Assembly (NCBI GenBank): GCA_045863295.1
Contig: BTWA01000005.1
Span: forward strand, 168,154-232,153
Length of the DNA: 64,000 nucleotides
Source of the DNA: Candidatus Hydrogenedentota bacterium
GTDB taxonomy: Bacteria; Hydrogenedentota; Hydrogenedentia; Hydrogenedentales; SLHB01
Direction of reading: 5' to 3'
A program made the position numbers and the translations under genes. A model generated the notes under the pieces. It searched no databases. It was not told where the DNA came from and saw nothing but the letters and a program-made list of their open reading frames with translations. Below are positions 50,480 through 60,941 of the stretch, in pieces. Every line of letters begins with the position of its first letter. Position 1 is the first letter of the stretch.

Positions 50480-51964
50480 TCAGACCGTGGGTTTTGCCAA
50501 CCGATCCAGCAGCGGATCCTTGATGGCCCGCATGCGCTTGAGGATGGCATCCTCCAGTTGCTTCTGAATTTCCGCGTACTCGGCCATGTCGATCAAGTTC
50601 TTGGTTTCGCCGGGGTCTATGGATAGATGATAAAGCTCATTTTTGCCTGGGTTCTTGTAGTCAATCATAAGTTTCCACTCTGGAGTCCGGTACATGCGCA
50701 TGTCGGCTTGTGCGGTGTGGTGCATGCTATATTCGCCGTAAAAGGAATCATCCCAAGGAATGGTCTCACCCTTAAGGAGCGGCAGGAAGTCTCGTCCATG
50801 TATGGCGGTAGGCGTCTGCGCTTCGATGCCCGCCATGGCCAGTAGCGTGGGATACCAATCGAGGTTGGTGATGCACTTGTTCATGGTGGATCCCGGCGCG
50901 AGGACACCCGGCCAGCGTACAGCTACCGGGACGCGAAGCGAGGTATCGAACATGTTGGGCCGCTTGCGGAGGGGCTGATCTTCCGACACGTCGCGCAGCG
51001 CCTTGGTCATCCAACTCGCATTTCCTTTGTGAATGATCCCGTGGTGCCCCACGTTGTAGCCATGGTCACTCGAAAAGATCACAATCGTGTTTTCTTCAAT
51101 TTCCAGTTCCTTGAGGAGATCCATCACGCGGCCGACATTGCGATCGACCCCCGACACGCTTTCCAGGTAATCCCTCATGTACTCTTCCACCCGCTCTACA
51201 TCCAAATCGGGATAATCGGGATTGGGAATAGTCATCTTCCTGTCTTTGTAGGGGGCCATGTCTTCTTCCGCATGGGGCGGCCACGGACGATGCGGCGAAC
51301 GATGGTGGATCGAAACCATGAACGGCTGTTTCTTTGCATTTTTTCGGATAAAGTCCATGCCAAGATCGGTAATCACATCCACCGTCAAACCAGTGACAAC
51401 TTTCTTCTCGCCGTCAATCTCCATTTCCGGATTTTCGACGGGAGCACCTCCAATTCGGAAACCGGCGAAGTGTTGATATCCGAACACGGAAGGGTGAAAC
51501 CGATCGGGCACGCCGAGGTGCCATTTGCCGACGAGGCCAGTGGCGTAGCCGGCATCGCGTAGTGTCTTTACCCACGTGGGCAAGGATGGATCCGCGCCCA
51601 GCTCATGTTCGAGTTGCGGTTTGATCCAGTCGGTAATGCCAAACTCAGTTCCGTAACGGCTCGTCAACAAGCCAAGTCGCGATGGCGAACACACGGGCGT
51701 TGTGACGAATGCGTTCGGACAAGTCACGCTTTCGCCGAACAGGCGATCCAGATTGGGTGTATAAGCATCAGGCCCTCCGAGCGCGCGTATGGTCCAGGAC
51801 GCTTGATCGTCGGTGAATATGAACACAATGTTGGGCTGCGTTCCGCCAGCTGCCGCTGCCCGGAGGGCGGGCAGGCCGCACAAGGCGCCGGTACCGGCTA
51901 TGCAACATTGGAGGAATGCCCTTCGATCGATTGATGCTGGATGCTTTTTCATGAGCCGCTCCAT
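50480..51964 (-). CDS. Tat-exported Cys-type sulfatase
   Basis: RRAFLQ; PNIVFIFTDDQ; CSPSR; GKWHLG; SDHG. Confidence 0.92.
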   Translation of the reverse strand: MERLMKKHPASIDRRAFLQCCIAGTGALCGLPALRAAAAGGTQPNIVFIFTDDQASWTIRALGGPDAYTPNLDRLFGESVTCPNAFVTTPVCSPSRLGLLTSRYGTEFGITDWIKPQLEHELGADPSLPTWVKTLRDAGYATGLVGKWHLGVPDRFHPSVFGYQHFAGFRIGGAPVENPEMEIDGEKKVVTGLTVDVITDLGMDFIRKNAKKQPFMVSIHHRSPHRPWPPHAEEDMAPYKDRKMTIPNPDYPDLDVERVEEYMRDYLESVSGVDRNVGRVMDLLKELEIEENTIVIFSSDHGYNVGHHGIIHKGNASWMTKALRDVSEDQPLRKRPNMFDTSLRVPVAVRWPGVLAPGSTMNKCITNLDWYPTLLAMAGIEAQTPTAIHGRDFLPLLKGETIPWDDSFYGEYSMHHTAQADMRMYRTPEWKLMIDYKNPGKNELYHLSIDPGETKNLIDMAEYAEIQKQLEDAILKRMRAIKDPLLDRLAKPTV

Positions 51965-52040
51965 CCCGTATAGTCAGCTTGGATTGTGGAAAATAACCGT
52001 ACCATAGGAAGTGGCCTTAGGGCCATACCGGCGGGCGCCC

Positions 52041-52475
52041 ATGAGCATTGATTGCCTGATACGCTACGCGGAAGAAACCGATCTGACAGCCTTGATGTCC
52101 ATCAATCCCGGGCAGGCCACCGATGTCCTTGCGTTTCGAATCGGGCGCAGGGAATTCATCGTGGCCGAGCATAGACATTGCATTGTCGGCTACCTCCGGA
52201 TCGACCCGGTGTGGAATAAGGTGCCCTTTATCGGAATGATCTGGCTGGAGCCGGCGTACCGGCGGCAGGGTATCGGGCGGGATTTGCTTGCGTTTCTGGA
52301 GTCAGCCATGCGTGATTCGGGTAAGCGCGTGCTATTCAGTTCGTCGCAAACCAACGAACCCGGAGCACAAGCATGGCACGCACGAATGGGTTTTCGAACC
52401 TGCGGTACTTTGGACGATTTTAATGCGCCTGGCATCGGGGAGGTATTCTTTCGAAAGGAGTTAGGACTGCCATGA
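52041..52475 (+). CDS. GNAT family N-acetyltransferase
   Basis: YRRQGIGRDLL acetyl-CoA motif A; N..AQAWHARMGF. Confidence 0.85.
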   Translation: MSIDCLIRYAEETDLTALMSINPGQATDVLAFRIGRREFIVAEHRHCIVGYLRIDPVWNKVPFIGMIWLEPAYRRQGIGRDLLAFLESAMRDSGKRVLFSSSQTNEPGAQAWHARMGFRTCGTLDDFNAPGIGEVFFRKELGLP

Positions 52476-53890
52476 ATCGCAGAGATTTCCTGGGTTCGGT
52501 TGCCGTCGGTACGGCCGCGTCGGTGTTTACTAGAAGCGCTTCCGCGAAAGCACAGCCAAATGTGGTGTTTGTGTTTTCCGATCAATGGCGCGCTCAAGCA
52601 ACGGGTTATGCGGGTGATCCCAACGTGAAGACGCCACATTTGGACCGGCTTGCCGCATCCAGTTTGAATTTGTGCAACGCTATCTCGGGCTGGCCGGTGT
52701 GCTCACCGTACCGCGGAAGCCTGCTGACCGGCCAGTATCCGCATACGCACGGCGTCTTCCTTAATGACGTGCCGTTAAATCCAGACGCCACGAGCGTGGC
52801 TGATGTATTCAGCGCGGAGGGCTATGCTACGGGGTATATCGGTAAATGGCATGTAAACGGGCAGGGGCGATCCAACTTCATACCGCGCGAGCGGCGGCAA
52901 GGCTTTGACTACTGGAAAGTGCTGGAATGCACGCACAATTACAACGCATCCGACTACTTCGCTGATCGGAACGAGTTGTTGCGTTGGGAAGGGTACGATG
53001 CGATTGCACAGACTCGGGATGCACAGGCCTACATTCGCGACCATGCGGGCAAAGAGCCCTTTGCGCTCTTTCTTTCATGGGGACCGCCGCACAACCCTTA
53101 CGAGACCGCCCCGTCCCAATATAAGGACCTGTACAAACCAGAGGATCTTGTATTGCGTCCAAACGTGCCTTCGGACCACGAGGCCGGTTCGCGTGTTGAC
53201 TTGGCTGGGTATTATGCCCACTGTTCCGCGCTCGACCAATGCGCGGGGGATATCTGGCAAACGTTGCGCGAAACGGGGATTGAAGACAATACAATTTTTG
53301 TTGTCACGTCGGATCACGGCGATATGTTGGGTTCGCAGGGTCAAAAGCGAAAACAACGTCCGTGGGATGAGTCCATTCGTGTGCCGTTTTTGTTGCATTA
53401 TCCCACGCGGTTTGGGCAGATTGAGCGCAAAGTGGATGCGCTTATCAATTCACTCGATCTGATGCCGACACTTCTCGGCTTGTGTGGATTGAATATACCC
53501 GATTCCGTGGAAGGAACGGATTTCACGCCCTACTTGACCGGCGAAATGCAGACAACGGACGACGACGCGGCTCTGCTCGCTTGTTACTCGCCCTTTGGCG
53601 AATGGACACGGGCTCAAGGCGGGCGTGAGTTTCGCGGCGTTCGGACCCGTCGCCATACCTACATCCGTGCGCTGGAAGGGCCTTGGTTGCTGTACGACAA
53701 CGAAACCGATCCCCATCAATTGGAGAATTTGTGCAACAAGCCGGAGATAAAAGAGGAGCAGGCGCGCTTGGAAGGTATTCTTCAGGCCAAGTTAGCTATG
53801 GCGAAGGACGAGTTTTTACCGGGTTCGGAGTATATTTCAAAGTGGGGCTACGTAACCGACGCGAACGGTACGGTTCCCTATAGAGGTTAG
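52472..53890 (+). CDS. Tat-exported Cys-type sulfatase
   Basis: NRRDFL; PNVVFVFSDQWR; CSPYR; GKWH; SDHGD. Confidence 0.92.
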   Translation: MNRRDFLGSVAVGTAASVFTRSASAKAQPNVVFVFSDQWRAQATGYAGDPNVKTPHLDRLAASSLNLCNAISGWPVCSPYRGSLLTGQYPHTHGVFLNDVPLNPDATSVADVFSAEGYATGYIGKWHVNGQGRSNFIPRERRQGFDYWKVLECTHNYNASDYFADRNELLRWEGYDAIAQTRDAQAYIRDHAGKEPFALFLSWGPPHNPYETAPSQYKDLYKPEDLVLRPNVPSDHEAGSRVDLAGYYAHCSALDQCAGDIWQTLRETGIEDNTIFVVTSDHGDMLGSQGQKRKQRPWDESIRVPFLLHYPTRFGQIERKVDALINSLDLMPTLLGLCGLNIPDSVEGTDFTPYLTGEMQTTDDDAALLACYSPFGEWTRAQGGREFRGVRTRRHTYIRALEGPWLLYDNETDPHQLENLCNKPEIKEEQARLEGILQAKLAMAKDEFLPGSEYISKWGYVTDANGTVPYRG

Positions 53891-54085
53891 CGTAAATTGT
53901 GTAACCTATTTATTTTCAGGCAGTTAAAGTGCTAGATCGTTGACAACAAAGCTATGGTAATCTGTTGACAAATGTCGTAACAACTATATCTCAAATTGGT
54001 AATGTGACAGGGGCATTGCCGGACGGAGTGCGGCATTCACTCGGAAACATTGTGCAAGCTGGATTTGGCAAAAGGAGGACACATC

Positions 54086-54235
54086 ATGGGTGACGATAGC
54101 GGAATCGGGTCGATCGTGGATGGATTCGTAAGCGACTTGCTGGCGCTGGTGCTTGCGTTCCTGCAACAGATATTCGCAGCCCTGTCGGAGATTTTCGGCG
54201 GTCTCGGCAGCGGCGAGGAAGAAGAAGAGTCTTAA
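54086..54235 (+). CDS. 49-aa acidic amphipathic microprotein
   Basis: AAAGGAGG RBS; MGDDSGIGSIVDGFVSDLLALVLAFLQQIFAALSEIFGGLGSGEEEEES*; followed by a terminator. Confidence 0.75.
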   Translation: MGDDSGIGSIVDGFVSDLLALVLAFLQQIFAALSEIFGGLGSGEEEEES

Positions 54236-54257
54236 GCCGTTTTAGATTCAGCCTTTG

Positions 54258-54296
54258 AAATCCCCTGTCCGGATTAAATCGGACAGGGGATCTTTG
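54258..54296. terminator. Bidirectional intrinsic terminator
   Basis: ATCCCCTGTCCG-gattaaat-CGGACAGGGGAT between convergent genes. Confidence 0.8.
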
Positions 54297-55700
54297 TTAA
54301 TCCTCCGACTGTTCGGGGATGAGTTGTTCCATTGGCGCAAGCTTCCACTCGAAGACAGCCGCGCAGGCGAATGCGGCAAAAGCAACCGCCACGGACATGA
54401 TGTAGGGATAGGGTGCTTCCACCCACGTACCCACGGCCCAAGCAACAACCCCGACCAGCAGCGCGGCAAACGCGCTGATTCGGCCACCAAAGCGGTTTTG
54501 AAATGCGAATACCACCGCGATGAATACGCCGGAACTCCCAAAAGCAGAGGCCATCTCGACCAGATCGCGCACGCTTTGATCGCCGATGGCGAGCAGGTAC
54601 GCCATGATGCCGAAAGCGACGACCACGATGCGGGCCGCGCGCACTTTCAGCTTCTCGTCGGTAATTTTGAGCGCTCCGACCACAATATTGTGCGAGACCA
54701 GCGAAGAGGCTGCGAGGAGCGCGCTGTCAACCGTGGAAAGGATGGCCGAAATCAGGGCGCCGGTGAAAATGACGTAGACGAAGCTGTTCAAATGTTGCTT
54801 TGCCAACACGGGCAGTATCTGTTCGCCGTCGTCGAGACCGGGTACAAGTCCGGGTCCCAAGAGGCCCAACGTCAACGGCATTAACCCGATTCCGATGTAA
54901 GCTATTCCGGCGATAATCGCAGATCGCTTGGCGACTTGGGCGGACCTCGAGGAGACCATACGGGCGATGAGTTCTTGGGCAAACAGCGAACCTAGTATTG
55001 GTATGGACCAGGCCTCGATGGTGGCCCAGATAGACTCGTCGTTACCGCCGAACCAAGTGAGGCGTTCTGGAACCAAGGCAACTTCCACCACTTCTTTCGT
55101 TACGTGCTGGGTGACCACGACAAAGAACAAAATGGCAATGCCGACCACCAGCACAATGCCCTGAATCAAGTCTGTGTAGGCGTCTGCAAGCATGCCTCCC
55201 ATGGTTGTATAGGCAATGACCACAGCCGCCGCGGCCGCCAGTGTAATCTCCAGGGGTATATCCGTGGCGGTGGCGAGGATGTGCCCGAACGCGAGCACCT
55301 GGGCCGATGCCCACAGCACCGAAGTGGGAACAATGAGCAGTACGGCGAACTTTTCAACCCCTACGCCGTAACGTCGCCGAAACAAATCGCCTATGGTCGT
55401 GAGCTTCTGATTCCACAGGCGTACCGCGAAGAATCCTCCCAGGATCAAGATGCACAAGGCGTAGCCAAATGGATCCGCACGGCCTCCGGCAAGCCCTTCT
55501 TCGTAGATGACGCCTGCGGATCCGATGCAACTCTCCGATCCAAACCACGTCGCGAAAATGGTCATCGTGGCCATCACATATCCGAGGCTTCGGCCAGCGA
55601 CCAGATAGGCCTCTTCGTTGAGCATCTTCCGTGAAACCCAAGCGCCGATGCCCAACTGAAGTGCAATGTACAGGACTATGCCAACGATTACGATGCTCAT
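54297..55700 (-). CDS. Sodium:solute symporter (SSS/SLC5)
   Basis: YLVAGRSLG, FATWFGSE, YTTMGGMLADAYTDLIQG, SAILSTVDSALLA. Confidence 0.92.
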   Translation of the reverse strand: MSIVIVGIVLYIALQLGIGAWVSRKMLNEEAYLVAGRSLGYVMATMTIFATWFGSESCIGSAGVIYEEGLAGGRADPFGYALCILILGGFFAVRLWNQKLTTIGDLFRRRYGVGVEKFAVLLIVPTSVLWASAQVLAFGHILATATDIPLEITLAAAAAVVIAYTTMGGMLADAYTDLIQGIVLVVGIAILFFVVVTQHVTKEVVEVALVPERLTWFGGNDESIWATIEAWSIPILGSLFAQELIARMVSSRSAQVAKRSAIIAGIAYIGIGLMPLTLGLLGPGLVPGLDDGEQILPVLAKQHLNSFVYVIFTGALISAILSTVDSALLAASSLVSHNIVVGALKITDEKLKVRAARIVVVAFGIMAYLLAIGDQSVRDLVEMASAFGSSGVFIAVVFAFQNRFGGRISAFAALLVGVVAWAVGTWVEAPYPYIMSVAVAFAAFACAAVFEWKLAPMEQLIPEQSED

Positions 55701-55864
55701 GTTGCCTTTCGGACCCCCAATGAAACTGGGTGTGAACTGGACGGCGGAATTGTCGCATGTGCGTTTGACCAGTGCAAGCGCTTGCCGCCTGATAAACCTG
55801 CGTCATTCCTGGTCGAGGAAGGCCATTACTGAGATCGCGCGAACGACGGGACCCGACTAGCCAA

Positions 55865-56746
55865 TTACCAATTCACCACGGGTGGAAAGTATTCGGCGAT
55901 GAGGTCGTCGTAAAACGGCTTTAGCTTGCCGACGTCCGGGCGTTCCGGACTTTTTGAATACAAATCGTATGGATTAAACGCTCTCACCCACTTGAACATT
56001 TCGCGGTCGCGATCGTTCATGAGATAGCCGTACTCGCCCTCCTTGTGTGCGGGATAGAAGGAGTGATAGCGGATCATATAAAGCGCCTCTTCGGGCAGAT
56101 ACTCGCGGCAAACCTGATACATGTACTCGTCATGTCCCCATGACATCAAGACGTTTTCGAGGCCGCACCCTCGTTGGTAGATACCCAATTGTGAATTGTA
56201 TGACTCGTTTGCGGAATCTGGGTTTTCGCTGAAGAATTCGGGAAAAACGATTCTTGACGAGAATGCGCACCCGACCGGAAACGTATCTCCAACGACAGCC
56301 CACTGGGGCTCGTCCCATAAGCAGAGAATCTTCCCCAAATCGTGAATCAGGCCGGTCAAAATGAACCAGCGAGGATGGCCATCCTTGCGAATGGCTTCGG
56401 CCGTTTGGAGTAAGTGTTCGATTTGGGTCAAGTCTGTGTCGGGATCGCTATCGTCTACCAGTGTATTAAGAAACTCCATAGCTTCCCAGATGCTCATGCG
56501 CTGCCTGTTGCGGCCGCCATACTGACTGAGTTTCTGCTTGACAAAATCGACGGTCTGATACCGGTGATTCAGGCGATAGAATTCTCGAACAGTTGGCCGT
56601 GTTGTGTGGTCATAGTCGCGAAAGGCCTCCTTCTCCTTATGCGGCTGGAACGCATCCTTTTCGGGATAGCGGGTCAGCATAAAGTCTTCCCATTCGTCCA
56701 GACTTTCAAGGGGACGGTTTTCTCTCGCATCTGCATTCATTGCCAT
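55865..56746 (-). CDS. miox: myo-Inositol oxygenase
   Basis: [72 protein letters not shown]. Confidence 0.93.
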   Translation of the reverse strand: MAMNADARENRPLESLDEWEDFMLTRYPEKDAFQPHKEKEAFRDYDHTTRPTVREFYRLNHRYQTVDFVKQKLSQYGGRNRQRMSIWEAMEFLNTLVDDSDPDTDLTQIEHLLQTAEAIRKDGHPRWFILTGLIHDLGKILCLWDEPQWAVVGDTFPVGCAFSSRIVFPEFFSENPDSANESYNSQLGIYQRGCGLENVLMSWGHDEYMYQVCREYLPEEALYMIRYHSFYPAHKEGEYGYLMNDRDREMFKWVRAFNPYDLYSKSPERPDVGKLKPFYDDLIAEYFPPVVNW

Positions 56747-56929
56747 GTTGTTTTACCTTATTCGTGGCAGCGCCTGCTACGCCCTAGACTCAGTATACCT
56801 CAACCGCTCATCCGTTTTTCATCCGGCTTGAACCGGTGCTACACTACCCCAGCGTAGAAGGGCAACAATTGGCGGACACGGCGTTATAGGTCATTCACCG
56901 GGTCCGTAGACAAATTAGGGGAGCGAGCC

Positions 56930-57946
56930 ATGGTGACGCGTTGGAGTTGGGGACTGCTGGCAATTGCGGTGTTCGCGTGGACGGGTTGCGGGGGAGCGCC
57001 GCAGGACGGTGCGGTGCCGGGCGCCACTGGGTCGGAACCCCAATCAACAGAGACCGCGGGCGCTTCCTCCGGCGATATGCTTCAAATTGCGGTAGTTCCA
57101 AAAGGATTAGGGCACCAGTTCTGGAATACAGTAAAGGCAGGCGCGGAAGCGGCCGGCAAGGAGTTTGACGCACAGATTATTTGGAATGGTCCGGCAAAAG
57201 AGACCGAGGTTGTAAAGCAGATCAATATTATACAAGACATGGTCAGCAAGAAAGTAGACGGGATTGTGATGGCGGCGTGTGATGAGAATGCCTTGATAGA
57301 TGTGATTGATAGCGCCATGGCGGCAGGTATACCCGTTGCAACCATTGACTCCGGAGTCAAATCGGACAATCCCCTTACTTTTGTGGCCACCGACAATATT
57401 GAAGGTGCGAAAGCGGCCGCGCGTGAATTGGCTGCATTAATCGAAAACAAGGGAAAAGTAGGCCTTTTGCCATTTATCAAAGGTGCAGCGACCTCGGAAA
57501 TGCGCGAGAGCGGCTTTCTGGAAGGCATCAAGGAATTTCCGGATCTGGAATTGGTTTCGACTCTGTACAGCCAGAGCGATGTGGCCAAGGCGATGAATGC
57601 TGTGCAGGACATGATGACGGCTAATCCGGACTTGAAGGGCATATTCGTCGCCAACGAACCCGGTTGCTTGGGAGCGGTGCGGGCAATCGAAGCGGCAGGC
57701 AAATCGGGAGAAATCAAAGTTGTGGCCTTTGATGCCTCGGAAGATCAGATTAAAGCGTTGAAGGCGGGAACGATTCATGCGCTTGTCGTGCAAGACCCAT
57801 TCAAGATGGGATATGAAGGCGTCAAGGCGTTGATTGATCACCTTCAAGGGAAGCCGGTCGAGAAGCGGATAGACACTGGGGTGACGGTTGTAACAGTGAA
57901 GAATTTTGATGATCCGGAGGTTCAGAAACTGTTGTTTCCCATTTGA
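56930..57946 (+). CDS. Sugar ABC substrate-binding lipoprotein (RbsB-like)
   Basis: Lipobox WTGC; VPKGLGHQFW, VATDN, R..GF, VAFD, QDPFKMGYEGV. Confidence 0.9.
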   Translation: MVTRWSWGLLAIAVFAWTGCGGAPQDGAVPGATGSEPQSTETAGASSGDMLQIAVVPKGLGHQFWNTVKAGAEAAGKEFDAQIIWNGPAKETEVVKQINIIQDMVSKKVDGIVMAACDENALIDVIDSAMAAGIPVATIDSGVKSDNPLTFVATDNIEGAKAAARELAALIENKGKVGLLPFIKGAATSEMRESGFLEGIKEFPDLELVSTLYSQSDVAKAMNAVQDMMTANPDLKGIFVANEPGCLGAVRAIEAAGKSGEIKVVAFDASEDQIKALKAGTIHALVVQDPFKMGYEGVKALIDHLQGKPVEKRIDTGVTVVTVKNFDDPEVQKLLFPI

Positions 57947-58114
57947 AGACTCTGGGATTAAAAAACTGGCTGTTTGAGACACTGGTTGAAGTATACTGGC
58001 AACGATGCGTGGTGGGGACTGCGGTTCGTGGTTTCGGTGCTGCGAAGGTGTGCCCAGCCGTCGGTAAGGCGGATTGTTCGTCATCCAGCTGCAAGACAAA
58101 CGGAAACTCATGAA

Positions 58115-59425
58115 GTGTACAAACATCTCCGCAAATTCCGTGCATTAATCGTCGACGATTCGCTCGATTTTCGAATTCTCGCGATTCGCGCTTTGGAAAA
58201 ACTGAATGTATTGTGTACCGAGGCGGCCGACGGAATTGCAGCGGAAGAGGCGCTCAAGAAGACGCCGTTCGATTTGATGCTGTGCGATCTGAGAATGCCC
58301 CGAAAGCATGGGCACCAACTTATCGTGGAAGTGCTTAATTCAGAATGCCCGCCTTTGATAGCTGCGATCACCGGCGTCACTGATCCTAGAATCACCTCTG
58401 ACCTGATTATGAGGGGGGTGGTGGACGTTCTTCAAAAGCCGGTTGATTTTGATTTCATGGCAGCGAAGCTGCGCGCACTGGTTGAGCGCAACGAGTTGGT
58501 GGGGCGTACAGCTTCATCCGGTCAAGCGGCGCAAGTGGCTCGGCAGTTGACTGATGCTACGGCATCCCTGAAGGAGCAACTTTCCGAGATAACGAAAAGC
58601 TTTGAAGACACGATCAGCGGATTGGAAAAGCAGAAGGCTGATCTGGAAGTCGGCTTCCTGGGATCAATACGAGTTTTCACGAGTCTGATCGAGCGGTTAA
58701 AGCAATCACATGGCAGTCATGCGGGGCGCGTGGCGGAGATGGCTGTGTGGATGGGTAAGAAGATGGACTTGAAGCAATCGCAAATTAGAGACATCGAATT
58801 TGCGTCATTATTGCATGAGATTGGACAATTTGGCATGCCCGATTCCATTCGCGCAAAGCCGCCGTGGGCACTTACCGAAGACGAAGCCCGGGTTTTCCGG
58901 CAGTACCCGGTGATTGGCGCCGCGCTATTGAGTGAAGTGCAGGGCATGAGTGAGATTGTGGACATTATAGAGTCTCATGCAGAGAATTTTGGTGGCGATG
59001 GATTCCCCTCGGGTAAACGGGAGAAGGCGATACCCATTGGAGCGCGAATTGTCCGCATTGCCGATGGTTGCGACACGCTCCTTATGCATGCCAAGCCTGA
59101 CAACCCGTCGGAAGCGATTCGAGAGCATCTTCTTGCACACAAGGGCAAGCACTACGATCCGGACGTGGTTGTGTATGCGAATGCCTTTGTCCAGGATCAA
59201 AAAGTGGAACATGCGGTGGTAAAAACGTCCTTGCTGGAGATCAACGACATTCGCAGCGGAATGGTTCTTGCCGACGACGTTTACGATGAAAATGGCCATT
59301 TCCTGATGCGTGGGGGCGCTGTGGTTTCTCCAAGCGTCATTCGTCACTTGCACCATTTGCTCGGTTCGCAGAAAGTGGCGGTTATTGATCCCGAGAATAC
59401 AGGTCCAAGTACCTCTGAGGCGTGA
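58115..59425 (+). CDS. Response regulator with a degenerate HD-GYP domain
   Basis: REC: IVDDS, CDLRMP, QKP; HD-GYP-like: HAGRVA, LHEIGQ, GDGFPSG, IPIGARIVRIAD, GKHYDP. Confidence 0.85.
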   Translation: MYKHLRKFRALIVDDSLDFRILAIRALEKLNVLCTEAADGIAAEEALKKTPFDLMLCDLRMPRKHGHQLIVEVLNSECPPLIAAITGVTDPRITSDLIMRGVVDVLQKPVDFDFMAAKLRALVERNELVGRTASSGQAAQVARQLTDATASLKEQLSEITKSFEDTISGLEKQKADLEVGFLGSIRVFTSLIERLKQSHGSHAGRVAEMAVWMGKKMDLKQSQIRDIEFASLLHEIGQFGMPDSIRAKPPWALTEDEARVFRQYPVIGAALLSEVQGMSEIVDIIESHAENFGGDGFPSGKREKAIPIGARIVRIADGCDTLLMHAKPDNPSEAIREHLLAHKGKHYDPDVVVYANAFVQDQKVEHAVVKTSLLEINDIRSGMVLADDVYDENGHFLMRGGAVVSPSVIRHLHHLLGSQKVAVIDPENTGPSTSEA

Positions 59426-59625
59426 ACGGGAACGGGAAATGCCCCCGTCTGCGCCCCCGTTGGCATTGTTCGAGGAATCACACCGGCTTTCAGGGTTTCA
59501 TCCTGGAAATACATCGAATCAAGCCCGCATTGCGGCGAATTCTGTGCCCTTGATATACTGTACACCGGAGTAATCGGCGGTTAAAAAGCATAATGAAATC
59601 CTGAAGAAGTTGGAGATTCCTGGGT

Positions 59626-60378
59626 ATGTCCGGACATTCAAAGTGGTCCACAATCAAGCGCAAGAAAGCGGCCATTGATCAGAAGCGCGGCAAGATATTT
59701 TCCAAGTTTGCGAAAGAGATTACCGTGGCGGCGAAACTGGGCGGTGGCGATCCTTCGGGCAATCCCAGGTTGAGGACCGTACTGCTGGCGGCCCGAGCCC
59801 AAAACATGCCGATGGACAACGTAGAGCGGGCCATCAAAAAAGGCACCGGGGAATTGCCGGGCGTGACCTATGAAGAGATCCGCTATGAACTCTACGGGCC
59901 AGCCGGAGTGGCGGTTATTGTGGATGTGCTTACGGACAACAAGAACCGTACCGTGGCGGAAATCCGACATTTGGTGACGCGAGGCGGCGGCAGCATGGCG
60001 GAATCGGGCGCGGTCATGTGGAACTTTGAGCCAAAGGGCCTGATTACGGTTTCGAAGGAAGGCCTATCCGAAGAGGATATATTTGAAAAGGCGGTGGAAG
60101 CCGGCGCGGACGATGTGGATACGGAAGGCGATATGTACGAAGTCAAAACGGACCCCACGCAGCTGCATACCGTCGCGGATGCGTTGTCCAAGGCAGGTCT
60201 AAAAGTGGACAACGCAGAACTCACGCTGTTGCCCAAGACCACGGTCAAGGTTGAAGGAAGCAACGTGGGCGGTGTGATGCGTTTGATGGAAGTACTCGAA
60301 GAGCACGACGACGTGCAAAACGTTTATGCCAATTTCGACATCTCCGAAGAAGAGATGGTTGCCGCGGTAGGCGAATAG
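59626..60378 (+). CDS. yebC: YebC/PmpR family protein
   Basis: [40 protein letters not shown]. Confidence 0.96.
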   Translation: MSGHSKWSTIKRKKAAIDQKRGKIFSKFAKEITVAAKLGGGDPSGNPRLRTVLLAARAQNMPMDNVERAIKKGTGELPGVTYEEIRYELYGPAGVAVIVDVLTDNKNRTVAEIRHLVTRGGGSMAESGAVMWNFEPKGLITVSKEGLSEEDIFEKAVEAGADDVDTEGDMYEVKTDPTQLHTVADALSKAGLKVDNAELTLLPKTTVKVEGSNVGGVMRLMEVLEEHDDVQNVYANFDISEEEMVAAVGE

Positions 60379-60380
60379 CG

Positions 60381-60872
60381 ATGCGCGTCCTCGGCATCGA
60401 TCCCGGCACTGCAACGACCGGGTTTGGCGTCGTCGAGGGTCAGGGCAACCGACTGCTTCACCAGGCACACGGCGTTATTTCAACGCCTGCAAAGACTCCA
60501 TTTGCGGACAGGCTGTGCCTACTCTATGACGGAGTATGCGAGTTGCTGGATGTGCATAAACCAGATGCCGTGTCCATAGAGAAACTCTATTTTTCCCAGA
60601 ACGTCACAACCGGCATCGGAGTCGCCCAGGCTCGGGGCGTAATCGCGCTTGCCGTGGCCCAAGCGGGTTTGCCAATAGCCGAGTTCAGCCCATTGGAAGT
60701 CAAGAACGCCGTGGTGGGTTATGGCAAAGCCGCCAAGGGTCAGGTTCAGGACATGGTCCGCATTTTGTTAAACCTTGATGCCCGCCCTAAGCCAGACGAT
60801 GCCGCCGACGGGTTGGCTCTCGCCATCTGCCTGATCCATGCGGGCCGTATCCGCCTTGCGCTTGGCGAGTAA
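60381..60872 (+). CDS. ruvC: Holliday junction resolvase
   Basis: LGIDPG, IEKLYF, QARGV, VVGYGKAAK, DDAADGLALA. Confidence 0.95.
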   Translation: MRVLGIDPGTATTGFGVVEGQGNRLLHQAHGVISTPAKTPFADRLCLLYDGVCELLDVHKPDAVSIEKLYFSQNVTTGIGVAQARGVIALAVAQAGLPIAEFSPLEVKNAVVGYGKAAKGQVQDMVRILLNLDARPKPDDAADGLALAICLIHAGRIRLALGE

Positions 60873-60941
60873 AGCTACGGCAAAGTCACGACATTGATCC
60901 ATGTTTGTTCCGTAGCGGCGATAACCCATCATGGAGGATCC

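Noticed and set aside
5424..56746. A single glycosphingolipid or inositol-phosphoceramide degradation pathway (ceramidase-like, GH30, sulfatases, phosphatase, MIOX)
   Set aside because: The genes are spread over 50 kb with housekeeping genes between them, and family names do not establish substrates.
60381..60872. RuvC as part of a TnpB/Cas-like element
   Set aside because: A canonical 163-aa resolvase next to yebC, with no mobile-element context.
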